Assembly (NCBI GenBank): GCA_052426225.1
Contig: JBNJNM010000021.1
Location: forward strand, 62,001 to 126,000
Direction: 5' to 3'
DNA: 64,000 nt
From: Zancudomyces culisetae HAW-14-8
Lineage: Eukaryota; Fungi; Kickxellomycota
Position numbers and translations under genes: made by a program
Notes under the pieces: generated by a model
Told to the model about the DNA's origin: nothing
Database searches by the model: none
Seen by the model: only the letters and a program-made list of their open reading frames with translations
Shown here: piece after piece, positions 63,561 through 64,000 of the stretch
How the letters are laid out: each line of letters starts with the position of its first letter
Position numbering within the stretch: the first letter of the stretch is position 1

Positions 63561-64000
63561 GCTCTCAAGTCACCCATTTAGATTAAAAAATGGTTGGTTT
63601 ACCCTATCAATTTAGCACTTCTGGTACTAGACAATGTAAACGGGTAAAATATTGAAAATATTACTTATTTTTATGTTTTTACTTTTACATTTGCTCTGAA
63701 TGTTGCTCTCATTTTGCTGTCTATTTTTTTTCATAAGATTTGGTCTATTTATTAGCAAATAATGTACATTTAAATTAGTTGAGCTGTGTTAATAATTAGT
63801 GTCTTAACTTTGTTAACCATCCGCTCTTTTATGTTACACAGTTACTTTATTGCATGTGGACGCGATTCCAGGTAAAAAAAAAAAATTATTAAAAGTGCTA
63901 AGTAAAAAATAAAATAAAAAATGAATGAAGTTTCTTTTAATTTTTTTTTGGGGTAAACGCAAATTTCAAATAAATATCAAGTTAGATCCACTATACTTCC

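Noticed and set aside
1-64000. CRISPR arrays, rRNA, tRNA or prokaryotic systems
   Set aside because: No repeat-spacer periodicity, cloverleaf or rRNA motifs noticed, and the genes are spliceosomal eukaryotic.

Overview
AT-rich eukaryotic DNA with short GT-AG introns and the standard code. The gene set (PalC, Cyk3, Cwh43, Pxa1) is fungal, and the style suggests an early-diverging lineage such as Zoopagomycota/Harpellales (inference only). About 17-18 protein genes: CWH43, PXA1, a large disordered protein, an SH3BGR/glutaredoxin-fold protein, palC, a DUF5092-like protein, DTD1, PEF1, CYK3, ATG13, PEX16, SGF29, a PAS-like protein, ATP11, TRM44, and small lineage-specific membrane or secreted proteins. 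Several long intergenic gaps hold heavily decayed Ty3/Gypsy pol remnants. The best lead is a ~500-nt structured minus-strand non-coding locus at ~1364-1899. It has a TATA box, a CCUAACCCU telomere template inside long-range helices, a large 3' stem domain and H/ACA-like boxes, making it a candidate animal-style (H/ACA) telomerase RNA in a fungus. A second candidate structured RNA with an Sm-like site lies at ~37558-37685. All RNA folds and motif matches were made by eye and need computational confirmation.
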